In this document: in pieces, positions 48,266 through 61,095 of the stretch
Position numbering within the stretch: position 1 is the first letter of the stretch
Layout: the number at the start of each line of letters is the position of its first letter
From: Felis catus
Taxonomy: Eukaryota
Direction: 5' to 3'
NCBI RefSeq assembly: GCF_018350175.1
Contig: NC_058383.1
Span: 22,880,001-22,944,000 of the forward strand
DNA length: 64,000 nucleotides
Translations under genes and position numbers: made by a program
The notes under the pieces: generated by a model
What the model saw: only the letters and a program-made list of their open reading frames with translations
What the model was told of the DNA's origin: nothing
The model's database searches: none

Positions 48266-48311
<46 letters not shown>

Positions 48312-48681
48312 GACAAGCAGGGCTCACCCGAGGTGGGGTTCATGTTTACCCAATGTAGGGCTCAAAGTCACAAACCGTGAGATCATGACCTGAGGTGAAG
48401 TCAGATGCTTAACTGACTGAGCCACCCAGGTGCCCCGTGACTTTTTATTTTTTATTTATTTATATTTTAAACTTTATTTATTTATTTATTTTGAGAGAGA
48501 CAGAGATAGCGCAAGTGGGGGAGGGGCACAGAGAGAGAGGGAGAGAGAGAGAATCCCAAGCAGGCTCCGAGCTGTTAGTGCAGACCCCTATGTGGGGCTT
48601 GAACTCATGAACTGTGAGATCACGACCTGACTGAAAACCAAGAGTCGGACGCTTAACCAACTGGAGCCTCCCAGGTGCCCC
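48205..48681 (-). mobile_element. Two head-to-tail Can-SINEs
   Basis: Two reverse heads ending ccaggtgcccc. Confidence 0.92.
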
Positions 48682-48953
48682 AAGTAAGTGACTTTTAAAG
48701 AAAAAATTGTGTTAATTTCCTCTCTATCATGGCTCCCATTCCTTTTTCTCTTTCCAAAAGCTGCCTTTGTATTTTCTTCATTTTTGGCTTGCCTTCACTG
48801 TAATCTGAATATGTCTGGAGGCTCACGTAGCTGATCTCGGAGCAGCTTCACATTCCAGAAGCATACTGTGGCAGGCACAAGTCATTTGGAAAGCCATTCC
48901 AACCTTTCTTCCCATCTCATGAAATATCCCTAAGAGGCAGGAAGGGGATTTTA

Positions 48954-49605
48954 TTTTATTTTATTTTTGCTTTTGTTTTTCAATATATGAAATTTATTGT
49001 CACATTGGTTTCCATACGACACCCAGTGCTCATCCCAAAAGGTGCCCTCCTCAATACCCATCACCCACCCCCCATCAACCCTCAGTTTGTTCTCAGTTTT
49101 TAAGAGTCTCTTATGCTTTGGCTCTCTCCCACTCTAACCTCTTTTTTTTTTTCCTTCCCCTCCCCCATGGGTTTCTGTTAAGTTTCTCAGGATCCACATA
49201 AGAGTGAAAACATATGGTATCTGTCTTTCTCTGTATGGCTTATTTCACTTAGCATCACACTCTCCAGTTCCATCCATATTGCTACAAAGGGCCATATTTC
49301 GTTCTTTCTCATTGCCACGTAGTACTCCATTGTGTATATAAACCACAATTTCTTTATCCATTCATCAGTTGATGGACATTTAGGCTCTTTCCATCATTTG
49401 GCTATTGTTGAAAGTGCTGCTATAAACACTGGGGTACAAGTGCCCCTATGCATCAGTACTCCTGTATCCCTTGGGTAAATTCCTAGCAGTGCTACTGCTG
49501 GGTCATAGGGTAGGTCTATTTTTAATTTTTTGAGGAACCTCCACACTGTTTTCCAGAGTGGCTGCACCAATTTGCACTCCCACCAACAGTGCAAGAGGGT
49601 TCCCG
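48954..49605 (-). mobile_element. 5'-truncated feline L1 (ORF2 C-terminus and 3' UTR)
   Basis: ORF2 peptide [44 protein letters not shown]; 15-bp TSD aggaaggggatttta (48939-48953, 49606-49620). Confidence 0.97.
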
Positions 49606-49849
49606 AGGAAGGGGATTTTAATCTTGCACCGTCTTTAAGGATCACTGCTGCCTCCAGGGGCTCCAGTGCGCCCTCCCGCACTGCCAGCTCAGCCTTCGCT
49701 CCAGTCCCACATCATCACCCCCTGTCCCCATCCCTTACTTTCTTTCGATGTTGCACTATAGGATTGGTTATAATAATGACATTAGCTATCACATTACTAG
49801 AATGTAGCGGGGAGAGGAAGGAGCTAGATGTAAAATACGTAAAGACAGA

Positions 49850-50066
49850 ATTTTTTTTTTCAAAATGTTTATTTAGTTTTGAGAGAGAGAAAGACAGAGC
49901 ATGAGCAGGGAAGGGACAGAGAGAGAGGGAGACACAGAATCCAAAGCAGGCTCCAGGCTCTGAGCTGTCAGCACAGAGCCCAACGTGGGACATGAACCCC
50001 CAAACTGCAAGATCATGACCTGATCCAAAGTCGATGCTTAACTGACTGAGCCACCCAGGTGCCCCC
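49850..50066 (-). mobile_element. Can-SINE
   Basis: TSD taaagacag. Confidence 0.95.
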
Positions 50067-50114
50067 ATAAAGACAGGATTTTTAAAAGTGGGTCAGAAAA
50101 AAAGGAGTTTGTGA

Positions 50115-50116
<2 letters not shown>

Positions 50117-50147
<31 letters not shown>
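50117..50147. repeat. (CA)n microsatellite
   Basis: Direct reading. Confidence 0.97.
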
Positions 50148-50149
<2 letters not shown>

Positions 50150-50304
50150 CACTCACATCATTTTATTGACTGGTCCTTTCAAATGAGCAGTGCTTGGTTT
50201 TACCACTTCTATTCTGTTTCCTTTCTTTTTCCCAACTCCTGTTTGTAATTTTGTACATTTTCTCCCTCTGCTTTCTTTTGATTTGTTTTGTTTTACTTTC
50301 ACTA

Positions 50305-50523
50305 TTTTTTTTCTTTTTTTTATGTTTATTTACTTATTTACAATAAGAGAGAGTGTGTGCAGGGAAGGGGCAGAGACAGAGGGAGAGAGAGAGAATCCCG
50401 AGCAAGCTCCAAGCTGTCAGCACAGAGCCCAATGTGGGGCTCCATCCCACAAACCATGAGGATCATGACTTGAGCTGAAATCAAGAGTCAGGTGCCCAAC
50501 TGACTGAGTCACCCAGGCACCCC
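50305..50523 (-). mobile_element. Can-SINE
   Basis: Reverse SINEC in old L1 sequence. Confidence 0.92.
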
Positions 50524-51089
50524 TACTTTCCTTGATTTCTTGAGTTGAATGCCCAGCTCACTAATTTTAGAATTGCTTGTTTATCAATAAAAGCATTTAA
50601 GGCTAGGCGGCTTCCTCTGAATACTGCCTTGGCGACATTCTCCAAAGCCGTTGATGGCTTCATGGGCATTTGGATGGCAAAGTCCCCTGTACTTAGAAAA
50701 GACCATCTGTGCCACATGAAACCTGGGAACCAACTAGGGCCCTACAGGGTGAGTCAGGACCCAAAGTCAGCAGGGTGTTGTTCTGCCCTCCTTCAGGGAG
50801 ATACTCTGTAGGGGACATGGAACAGTGTTGTGGGGACTTCCTCTTCTAATCCAAACACCTCTGATGAATGTCACAGGGAACAGATATCAAATGGAGGTGT
50901 TTCCTGTCCTTCCCAAAGCCTCTCTGAGCATCCCCTCTCTCCTCAACAAGCAAGGGATAGGCCCTTTGGGCATCATTTCAGTTTATGTGGAGCTCAGGAG
51001 TGGGGCAGATGGGTTGTGTGTGGTATTCCTTTCAACCTGGTCCAAACTGGACAATATTTTTCAGAGTTTTATGTTATGAGGTTGAGACC

Positions 51090-51675
51090 TTTTTTTAAAA
51101 AAAATGTTTATTTATTTTTGAGAGAGAGAGAGAGAGTGAGCAGGGGAAGGGCAGGGAGAGAGGGAGACACAGAATCTGAGGCAGGCTCCAGGCTGCACAG
51201 AGCCCGATGCAGTGCTCAAACTCATGAACCATGAGATCATGACCTGAGCCGAAGGTGGTTGCTTAACCGACTGAGCCACCCAGGTGCCCTGAGGTTGAGA
51301 CCTTTTTAAGTTCAACATAGATGGTAGGGTTTGTTTTTTTTCTCTATTATGAAGTTCTTTTGATTGTGTATCTGAGAGGGTTTTTGTTCTTATTTTGGTT
51401 TTAAAACATACACTTTGTATTAGTAGGGACTCTTTTTTTTTATTAAAACAATTTTTTTGTTTATGTTTTTATTTTATTTTTGAGAGAGAGAGAGAGACAG
51501 ACAGACAGACCGTGAGTGGGAAAGGGGAAGAGAGAGAGGGAGACACAGAATCTGAAGCAGGCTCTGCTCTGAGCTGTTGGCACAGAGCCTGACATGGGGC
51601 TTCAACTCACAGACGGTGAGATCGTGACCTGAGCCAAAGTCGGACACTGAACCGATTGAGCCACCCAGGAGCCCC
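51090..51675 (-). mobile_element. Two Can-SINEs (51090-51289, 51433-51675)
   Basis: TSDs tgaggttgagaccttttt and agtagggactctt. Confidence 0.95.
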
Positions 51676-52532
51676 AGTAGGGACTCTTAATGTGACAAAG
51701 ACTTGACCCAGACTGGCTTGTGTCAGAAAAAGAGAATTTACTGAAACGAACCAATATTCATATTAACAGAAAATACACATATTTACGTGTCCTGCTAGAC
51801 TAGGTGCTGATGTCCTCAGAAACCCTTCTCTGTGTCTTCATATTCTGGCTCTTTCCTGTGTGTCCGTGGCTCCAATCCCCTCTTGTCCCAATGTGCAGAT
51901 TCAGAACCGACTCATTTGCCTGCCTGGTCATGTGCAGCTGTCCTGGATCGATCACGAAATGGAATCCTCTGCTTGGGGTCATGGATGCTAGTCTGTTAGA
52001 ACCCCCCAGTGTCCAGTTGTTATACGCCCACCCCTCTTCCTAAAACATCTCTCTAACCATAGCCAGCCATCTCACAATCTTACCGTTGACCTAGCAAGGT
52101 GGAAAAAGTCTTCCCTCTCAGCTTGGCTCTCTTTAACAACCTCAGTTTCCAGAGAGCTCCCTTTCTCCCATACCTTGTGTTCCAGCCTCAGCAAACTACT
52201 CCCCATTTCTAAACAAACATGTACTTTTTACTTCTCTGCTTTGCACATGTTCTTTTGCTGGGAATACCCTCTTCCCCCTCACTTATGCTTTATGATCCTA
52301 GGTCGTGCCCAGGAATTACGGGGTAGCCTGTCCACTTCCTCCCTGGGCTCCTGCCTGCGTCTGCACTCACACTTCTCCAGAGCCTGGACAGGACTGAATC
52401 ATGCCTAACAGTTGCTCCTTGAAGACATCAGAACTGGACCCCTGAGGGCTCAGGCTTTGCCTCACTAATTTCCATGTGGTGTCTAGAGTGTAAATAGGTG
52501 TTCCCTAAACGTCTGTTGACAGAACGTGTGGA

Positions 52533-53034
52533 TGTGGTCAGCTGTCCACACCCTTCTGATTATTTGATGTTTTTGTGCACTGCAGGTTCCTATGGGTTTT
52601 TAGCCCCAACAGCCAGTACCTTCATCTCTGTGTTGAAGGGCTACCCCTGAGGCTGCCAGAACCTGCTTGTCCTGCATGCTCTAAAGGACCAGAAATGCCT
52701 AAAAGTTTCATGCCCTGGGGACGGCCCTTAATCAAAGACTGTCAGTGAGGCTGTGGGGATACTCCAGCTCCTTTGTCCTCAAGTGACAGTTATAGGTATG
52801 ATCCCTACTATCCCCAAAGCTCCCCTGAAGGGTTGAGCCATCTTTCAGCTCTGTGTGACTTGACTTGATTACCCCCCTTGCTTGACCTCCTTCGTCTCCC
52901 CAGCCACGGCTCCCCTCCCCTCCCCATTTCCTCTGTTCGAGGAGGGGTTGGAGAACACAACCTAATAAATCACCTACATACAAATCCTGGTCTCATGTCC
53001 CCAGATCTGCTCCTGGGGAACCCAGTCTAAGACA
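52533..53034 (+). mobile_element. LTR16/LTR33-like ERVL LTR
   Basis: Ends aataaatcac...ctgctcctggggaacccagtctaagaca. Confidence 0.7.
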
Positions 53035-53125
53035 GAGCTGATGAGTCAATGAACAGAAGGAAAGTATAATGAATTCAGAAATCAATAACTATTTGTTGAA
53101 CACTACTGCATGGAAGGAATGGAAG

Positions 53126-53325
53126 CAGTCGGTTAAGCATCCAACTTTGGCTCAGGTCATGATCTCATGGTTCGTGAGTTCGAGCCCCACGTCAGGCTCT
53201 GTGCTGACATCTCAGAGCCTGGAGCCTGCTTCAGATTCTGTCTCTCTCTCTTTCTCTGACCCTCCTCTGCCCGCGCTTTGTGTTTCTGTCTCTCAAAAAT
53301 AAATAAACGTTAAATTTTTTTTTTA
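53126..53325 (+). mobile_element. Can-SINE lacking its first ~17 nt
   Basis: Starts at cagtcggttaagc. Confidence 0.9.
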
Positions 53326-54019
53326 AATACAGAGTAGGCAGGTATATGGCTCAAGGAAGGAGGGATGGCTCTAGGCATGGTGGGGAGGGATGTCTGAGGC
53401 TAGTCAGACTTCACAGGCAGAAGTAAGACTGTCTGAGCCTTGAAGGAAAGAGAAGATGGCACCAAGAAAGGCTTAGTGAGTACAGCAGTGTGGCAAGATT
53501 AAAATGGTGAGACTTTAAAGACAGGATGTGAAGACTTGGAATCCACTCAAATGAGTTTGGACTTTATCTCATAAAGTGATTGGGGGAGGAGGGTCAACAT
53601 TAATTTATTCATTCAACAAACATTTAGGGAGCTAAACACGTGGCACACCCAGGCAGGAACATGATGTACTGTAGGAGGGGTGATCTTTCACTGAACTGCC
53701 TGTTCTGGACACCAGAATCTTGACTATATATATTAGTTGGCTCCACCTATAATTTCTGGATAAAGTTTTTTTGCTTACGTAATTTTGTCCTGTATGTATA
53801 TGTTTTTCTGATTGTAAAACAAAACATTATCATCATAAAAAAAAAAAAAAACCAAGCATTTGAAGGACTGTGCATGGAAGGGAAAGAAGGATCTTCTATT
53901 CAAGGAGAGGAGTGGAAATCTGTTTGAAGGGGGTTGGGCTGGCCCTCACCCCGTGGAGGCTGGTTGGAAGTAGAAAGTTCCCACGCTGGGTTTGGGCTTG
54001 CAGTCCCCAGAAGCAATTA

Positions 54020-54116
54020 TGAGAAAGAGCCTTGGCAGGCAACTTCCAGGCTGTGTTTCTGATTTTCTGCAAGCATTTCAATATCTTCATTATGCCTTTT
54101 TTTTTTTTTTTTGAGA

Positions 54117-54154
<38 letters not shown>

Positions 54155-54480
54155 GCAGGAGAGAGGGGCAGAAGGAAAGAGAGAGACTCTTAAGCAACCT
54201 CCATGCTCAGCGCAGAGCCTGACGCAGGGCTCAATCTTATGACCCTGGGATCATGACCTGAGCCAAAATCAAGAGTTGGATGCTCAACCGACTGAGCCAC
54301 CCTGGCGCCTGTCTTCATTATGCTTTGAAAGGAGGTTAAAGCTAGGTTAAGCCTGTGTCTAATTAAAATGGGGTGACGACTGCCAAACAGATGGCTGAAG
54401 ATGAACTGTGAAGTCTTGAGTAACAGCAGTTCTAGCAAGAGGAGCTGATGGAAGTGGCAGGGGACTTGGAGAGGAAGCTT
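54020..54480 (+). mobile_element. CR1/L3 RT fragment interrupted by a Can-SINE (54097-54310, minus)
   Basis: ttcaatatcttcatt...ctaattaaaatggggtgacgactgccaaac resembles CR1 FNIFI..LIKFADDTK; SINE TSD tcttcattatgc. Confidence 0.55.
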
Positions 54481-54945
54481 CTAAACATTCCTTGGAGAGC
54501 CAGGATAGGGGTGGGGGAAGACTGCACTTTCTGCTACCTGGGAGAGCTGGGGATTGTAGTCATCATACTATGAACATTTTTAAAATGTGACTTGATTTGG
54601 TAGGCATGGGTGGGTGATGTCTGGAGCACTCTTTCTTGCATATGTTTTACATTTTATTAGAATGTTCCACAAAGGTTGTGCCTGTTTATAGAACCACTAA
54701 CAGACGATTAGACCACTCATTCCTCTGCATCCTCACACACACTGGTTTTACCAGGTTTTATTCTTTGCCAGTTCAATAGGTGAAATTGAACAAAATTATT
54801 GTCGTAACATAAACTTACTCATTAGTACGGTTGAGCATCTTTGGGATAGTTTTTCATCATTTTTATTCCTTCTGGACCATCCTTGTTTGTTTGTGCATTT
54901 CTTATTGATTTGTAAGAACTCTTTGCATATAAATGATTTTGTCTA

Positions 54946-55168
54946 GGGGAGCCTAGGTGGCTCAGTCGGTTGAGCATCCGACTTCAACTCAGGTCGCGAT
55001 CTCGCGGTCCGTGAGTTCGAGCCCCGCGTCGGGCTCTGGGCTGATGGCTCAGAGCCTGGAGCCTGCTTCTGATTCTGTGTCTCCCTCTCTCTCTGCCCCT
55101 CCCCCGTTCATGCTCTGTCTCTCTCTGTCTCAAAATAAATAAAACGTTAAAAAAAATTAAAAAAAAAA
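54946..55168 (+). mobile_element. Young feline SINEC_Fc
   Basis: TSD gattttgtctag. Confidence 0.97.
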
Positions 55169-56216
55169 GATTTTGTCTAGTTTGTGTGACATATCTTGTA
55201 AATGATGTTCCCACTTGAATACAAATTAAATAATTATTATGAGGATGTTTCTTTCAATATTCATAACAATAACTGTACTTTTTTTTGATAGTTATAATTA
55301 TTAATTCTTTACCTTTCATTCTCTTTAGACTTGGTTCTATGTTCATTTGTCCATGCATTTGTTCGTCATCTTGGTTTATCTTCCAGTTGGCCACATTTTG
55401 TGTCCTCAAGTAATTTTTCCAGAATGAGTCATAGCATTCTAAGACCTGAGTTCTTCCATATCTGAAAATGTCTTTTGGTTCTATTTCCACATGAGTAATA
55501 AACGGGATATAGAATTTAGCCCTCTATTGATGTTGCTCGTGGCATTCAGGTGAGGGAGAAAAAGTGGGATTGAGTAAGGAGAATGGAGAATAGAAGGAGT
55601 GAATTATGTGAATCAGAACTGAATGGAAGATAGAATTTGAGATAGAGGCTGTGGTCAGCTTTTGAAGGCCCCTCAAAGCCAAGAGAGAGGGAGCTGAAGG
55701 CATCTGACGGGAGGGAGAACACCCACACAGCCAGATTTTAAAAAGATTAACTGGGCAGAGGTAATGGGAAGGATTAGAGGGGAAGACAAAGGACTGTTTT
55801 ATTATCAGTTAGGAATAATCGTGGCTACAAGTCCCAGAAAGTGATAAGTAGAGGCTGATTTATATCACATAACAAGGGGTCCAGAAGAGCAGGGACTAGT
55901 GTTGGTTTCGTTGCTCATTGATATTGGGCTGATGTCATTGCAGTTCTCTTGGCCTTTTCCTCATGGTGGCAATATGGCTGCCACAGCTCCATACTTCTTA
56001 TTTTCATTCAAGGCACAAGAGAGAGGGAAGCGGAGGTATGGTCACAGCCGACTCATTTTATTAGAAAAGCAAAAACTTCCCAGAACTCTCCCCATCCCAG
56101 CAGATGTTTATATCTCAATGGCCAGAGCTCTGTCATTTGTTCATATTATCTGCAAGGGAGGCTGAGAAGGCAAGTTCTTTATATGGGCTCATTTCATCAG
56201 AAAAATAGGGAATGGA

Positions 56217-56439
56217 TTTTTTTTTTATTTTTATTTTTTTCAACGTTTTTTATTTATTTTTGGGACAGAGAGAGACAGAGCATGAACGGGGGAGGGGCAG
56301 AGAGAGAGGGAGACACAGAATCGGAAACAGGCTCCGAGCCATCAGCCCAGAGCCTGACGCGGGGCTCGAACTCACGGACCGCGAGATCGTGACCTGGCTG
56401 AAGTCGGACGCTCAACCGACTGCGCCACCCAGGCGCCCC
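56217..56439 (-). mobile_element. Young feline SINEC_Fc inside an old MaLR fragment (~55800-56480)
   Basis: TSD agggaatggat. Confidence 0.95.
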
Positions 56440-56519
56440 AGGGAATGGATATTTACAGGCAACTGAAAGGGTCTGCCAGAACACAAAAAGTACCACCACC
56501 GTCCCCCCTCCCCAATTTT

Positions 56520-57570
56520 AAAAAACCAAATAAATAAATTGGACTACATTTAAAATAAAAACTTTTGTCTGTTCATCAGATAACACCATGAAGGCAAACA
56601 GCACTGGGGGAAAAAAAAAGATGCTGACAAAGGAATTGTAGTCAGAATACACAAGGATCTACAAATTGATAATAAAAAAGACAGACAACCTAATAGAGAA
56701 CAACAAGGCAATAGAAAAAGTCACTTCACAAAAGAGAGTATCTGAATGGTCCATAAACATTTAAAAATGTGCTATCATTAGTTACCAGGAAAATATCCAT
56801 TAAAACCACAGTGAGTTACCATTATACAGCCACCAGTATGGCTTAAATGAAAGATACACATGACCAATTGTGGAGGAGGATGTGGGCTCTCGTACCCTGC
56901 TGGCGGGAGTAAAAATTGGTGCAATTACTATGAAAGTCACTTCAGTCTGCTAAAACTGGTCTTAGGTATACTCCATGACCCAGCAATTCCACTTTCAACA
57001 GAAACAGCCAGCAAAAGGAAAACATGTACATATAAATACAGGTGTGTGTATTTACTTATTTAGTTAATGAGGGACGTGTGCTAGAATGTTCAATAGCAGA
57101 ACCACTTATAATTACTCCAAACTGGAAGCTACCGCATGCCTATCATCAGAACACATAAATAAATTGTGGTATATTCATCCATGGGAATACTATCAACAAT
57201 GATCATGAACCCCTTATGAATGCATGCAAGCACACATATGACCTTGAACCTAATGCTGAGCAAAGAGGTCATGCAGTATATACTGTATGTTTGCATATAT
57301 GTCATATTCAGACACAGGAGAAACCAGACTATGCTGTTAGAAGTCAGGACAGTAGTTACTGTTGGTGGAGAAAGGGCAGGAAGGGCAGGGTATTAGTGAC
57401 TGAGAGGGGACAGAAAGGCCGACTTGGAGGGGGTTACTGGTGATGTTCTTCTTGAGCCGGGTGTTGGTCGTACAGTTGTGTTCCATCTGTGACAGTTCGT
57501 CATGTTGCATATTTATGCTGTGTGTGCATTGCTTTTTCTGTGTGTAGGTTATACTTCAATGAAGAAAACT
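56520..57570 (+). mobile_element. Old L1ME/MD 3' fragment
   Basis: aaattggactacatttaaaataaaaacttttgt...catgacccagcaattccact...gaagtcaggacagtagttac. Confidence 0.8.
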
Positions 57571-57577
57571 AAGGTTT

Positions 57578-57806
57578 TTGTTTTGTTTTGTTTTAAATTT
57601 TTTTCAACGTTTATTTATTTTTGGGACAGAGAGAGACAGAGCATGAACGGGGGATGGGCAGAGAGAGAGGGAGACACAGAATCGGAAACAGGCTCCAGGC
57701 TCCGAGCCATCAGCCCAGAGCCTGACGCGGGGCTCGAACTCACGGACCGCGAGATCGTGACCTGGCTGAAGTCGGACGCCCAACCGACTGCGCCACCCAG
57801 GCGCCC
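57578..57806 (-). mobile_element. Young feline SINEC_Fc
   Basis: TSD gaaaactaaggtttt. Confidence 0.97.
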
Positions 57807-58132
57807 GGAAAACTAAGGTTTTTAAAAAGTGACTGCCACACCAGACGGTGTGTGTGGTCCCCTGCATGGTCTCCCCTAACTATGGAAGGCTCTGCCCACT
57901 GTGCCTGGACTCTTTGGATCTGTCATTCTAATGCAGATATTCAGCAGCACCAATGCTGCCCCTGCCCTAAGTCAACCAAACTGGCTTCTAGTTCAACCGA
58001 TAGAGCAGATGTCAGTTACTCCATAAAATTGCTATTTATCGCAGGGGTCCCACAGTCAAATGCCAACAGGAGCCAAGCAGGTTACATAAAAAAATGAGGT
58101 GGCCAGTAATCACAATAAGTAGTGTGTGTGTG

Positions 58133-59103
58133 GGTGGTGCCTGGGTGGGTCAGTTGGTGAAGCCTCTGACTTTTGATTTAGACTCAGGTCAAGATCTCAC
58201 AGTTTGTGGGATCGAGCCTCGCATCAGGCTCTGTGCTGACAGTGAAGAGCCTGCTTGGGATTCGCTCTCTCCCTCTTTGCCTGTCCCCACCCCCAAATAA
58301 ATAAATCAACATTTTTTTTAACGTTTATTTATTTTTGAGACAGAGAGAGACAGAGCATGAATGGGGGAGGGGCAGAGAGAGAGGGAGACACAGAATCCGA
58401 AGCAGGCTCCAGGCTCCGCGCCATCAGCCCAGAGCCCGACGCCGGGCTCGAACTCACGGACCGCAAGATCGCGACCCGAGTTAAGTCGGACGCTCAACCG
58501 ACTGAGCCACCCAGGTGCCCCAACATTTGTTTTTTTTATTTAAAATTTTTTTTTCAACATATTTATTTATTTTTGGGACAGAGAGAGACAGAGCATGAAT
58601 GGGGGAGGGGCAGAGAGAGAGGGAGACACAGAATCGGAAACAGGCTCCAGGCTCTGAGCCATCAGCCCAGAGCCCGACGCGGGGCTCGAACTCACGGACC
58701 GCGAGATCGCGACCTGAGTTGAAGTCGGACGCTCAACCGACTGAGCCACCCAGGCGCCCCAACATTTTTTTTTTTTTAAAGATGCAGTGGGGATGGCAGG
58801 GAACTGCTTCTAGGGTAGGTATTTGACTGGAGCTCTAGCTGATTAATGAGTTTCAGAATGTGGCCCCAGGCAAGTCAGATTTTCCAGAATTTTTTTTTAA
58901 GTTTATTTATTTATTTTTCAGAGAAAGAGAGAGAGAGAGAGAGAACCAAAGGGGCAGAGAGAGAGAGGGAGAGAGAAGGAATCCCAAGCAGGCTCCATGC
59001 TGACTGCACGTGGAGCCTCGTGTGGGGCTCAGACTCACAAACTGTGAGACCATGACCTGAGCTGAAGTCATTGCTCAACTGACCAAGCCACCTGGGCACT
59101 CCC
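58133..59103. mobile_element. SINE cluster: 58133-58305 +, 58311-58520 -, 58528-58760 -, 58889-59103 -
   Basis: Tandem pair delimited by three caacattt copies. Confidence 0.93.
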
Positions 59104-59356
59104 AGAGTATTTTTTAAAAGAAGCCAGAAATCTAGTTTCCCCTATGAAACGTTTCAGTTTTCACAGTTTGGCAATTTCTTCAAATGAAATGGGCCAATCA
59201 AAATAGCCCTTGGGTCAGATTTGGCTGACGGGCCTCCTGTTTGCAACCTCTGGGTTAGTGGTAGAATGAGTCACTCTGAAAGCACTGTATACTGGAGCTA
59301 TAATAATAAAAACAATAGCTCCTCATTATTGGACACTTATTGGGACCTTTACTTAC

Positions 59357-59406
59357 CATGGTTGCTTGCTTCTCAGATGCCACCCACACCATTTATATAA
59401 CAACAG
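59357..59406 (-). other. Candidate exon or TATA-type first exon ending in ATG
   Basis: Minus strand polypyrimidine tract, TTCCTGGAAAG|CTGTTGTTATATAAATGG...CAACCATG|GTAAGT. Confidence 0.3.
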
Positions 59407-59720
59407 CTTTCCAGGAAAAGAAGGGGGAAAAAAAGACAAGGGAAACATTACCATAGTAAATGTATTCATCTATTAAAAGACACACCTAGAAACCTTAAAA
59501 TGTAAAACAAACAGAACAGAACGAAGATATGCTGAAGAAATGAAATACGTGAGACGCTTTCTCATGTAATTCTTACAAAAACTTCATGTGGTAGACATGG
59601 TTAGATCCGTTTCACAGCGTGAGGCTCAGTGAGGCTACTTCGCCGTCCCCAGTTCACATATCTGGTAAGCAGCAGGGCCAGGTATTAAAGCCAGATCTGT
59701 CCCACATCTAATGCCCTGCT

Positions 59721-59946
59721 CTTTTTAAAAAAAAAAAATTTTTTAATGTTTATTTATTTTTGAGAGAGAGAGAGACAGAGCGCAAGCCCAGAAGAGGCAG
59801 AGAGAGAGGGTGACACAGAATCTGAAGCAGGCTCCAGTCTCTGAGCTGTCAGCACAGAGCCTGACTGGGGCTCGAACCCATGAACCGTGAGATCATGACC
59901 TAGGTCAAAGTTGGAAGCTCAACTGACTGAGCCAGCCAGGCGCCCC
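59721..59946 (-). mobile_element. Can-SINE following a MIR fragment (59550-59720)
   Basis: TSD-like aatgccc. Confidence 0.93.
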
Positions 59947-60647
59947 TCCAATGCCCCCACTCTTAATCGTTGTGATGCATTGCTTCCCTTTGTGGAATGA
60001 GCATCATCGAGAGCAAAGGTTGTAGATTTTGGTGTGACAGCGGGCTGCACAGCTAACAAATAGCCCCACACGTGTAATGGCACCAATGAAATAAAAATGC
60101 ATTCCTTGTTCATTTGATCACCTTGGTGGCTGTGCTCAACTCTTCGGTTCAGTCCTTCAGACTCTGTCATCTTCAACATGTGGCTTCACCACCTTGCTGG
60201 GCTGGACGGGGAAGGAGCAAGAAAGAGGCACCTCCAAATTTGGAGATCTTCAGAAAGTGGCACCCTCTCACATTCTACTCAGAACGCAGGCCACCTTAAT
60301 CCACAAGAGGGGGTAGGACAGCCACTCCCTTATTGCTATAGAAGATAAAAATAAATTTTAATGAAAAGCTACCAGTCTTTTTCACAAAGTGGCTTATTGG
60401 CACCAAACGATATTGAATCATTGAGGAAAAACAATCTCAATTTGGGGCTAATAGGTCTTTAACATTTCTCTATGTTTGCCAGCCTCTTTTGTAATGAAGA
60501 GAACAGACAATGGTGCTTAGTAGAGCTTACTAACATCATTTATTTTTATTATATTCTACAGTTGCCTTTTCTTTTTCACAATGGATGCTGGGTAGGGATG
60601 TAAAGTTTCCTTTTATAATTAATGTGTTTAAATTGAAAATAGTTGGT

Positions 60648-61095
60648 AAAGAAGATGTGGCACACACACACAATGGAGTACTACTCGGGGACGAAAAAGA
60701 ATGAAATCTTGCCATTTGCAACAATGTGAATGGACCCAGAGGGTATTATGCTAAGTCAGTCAGAGAAAGATGATTTCAGATCATATGTGGAAGATCATAT
60801 GATTTCCCTCATATGTGGAATTTGAGAAACAGAGGGGGGAAGGGAAGAAAAAATAAGATAAAAACAGAGAGGGAAGGCAAACCATAAGAGACTCTGAAAA
60901 ATAGAGAATAAACTGAAGGTTGATGGGGGTGGGGGGGAGGGGGATCAGTAAATGGGTGATAGGCATTAAGGAGGGCACTTGTTGGGATGAGCACTGGGTG
61001 TTACATGTTAAGTGATGAATCACTGGGTTCTACTCCTGAAACCATTATTACACTATATGTTAACTAACTTGAATTTAAATTAAAAAAAAAAAAGA
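60648..61095 (+). mobile_element. 5'-truncated carnivore L1 3' end
   Basis: gaatgaaatcttgccatttgcaacaatgtg...gggatgagcactgggtgtt...tatatgttaactaact plus poly-A; diverged TSD gaaaata..ggta. Confidence 0.9.

Noticed and set aside
49394..49681. 95-aa ORF with a real protein motif
   Set aside because: C-terminal fragment of L1 ORF2 in a truncated insertion, fused by chance to flanking sequence
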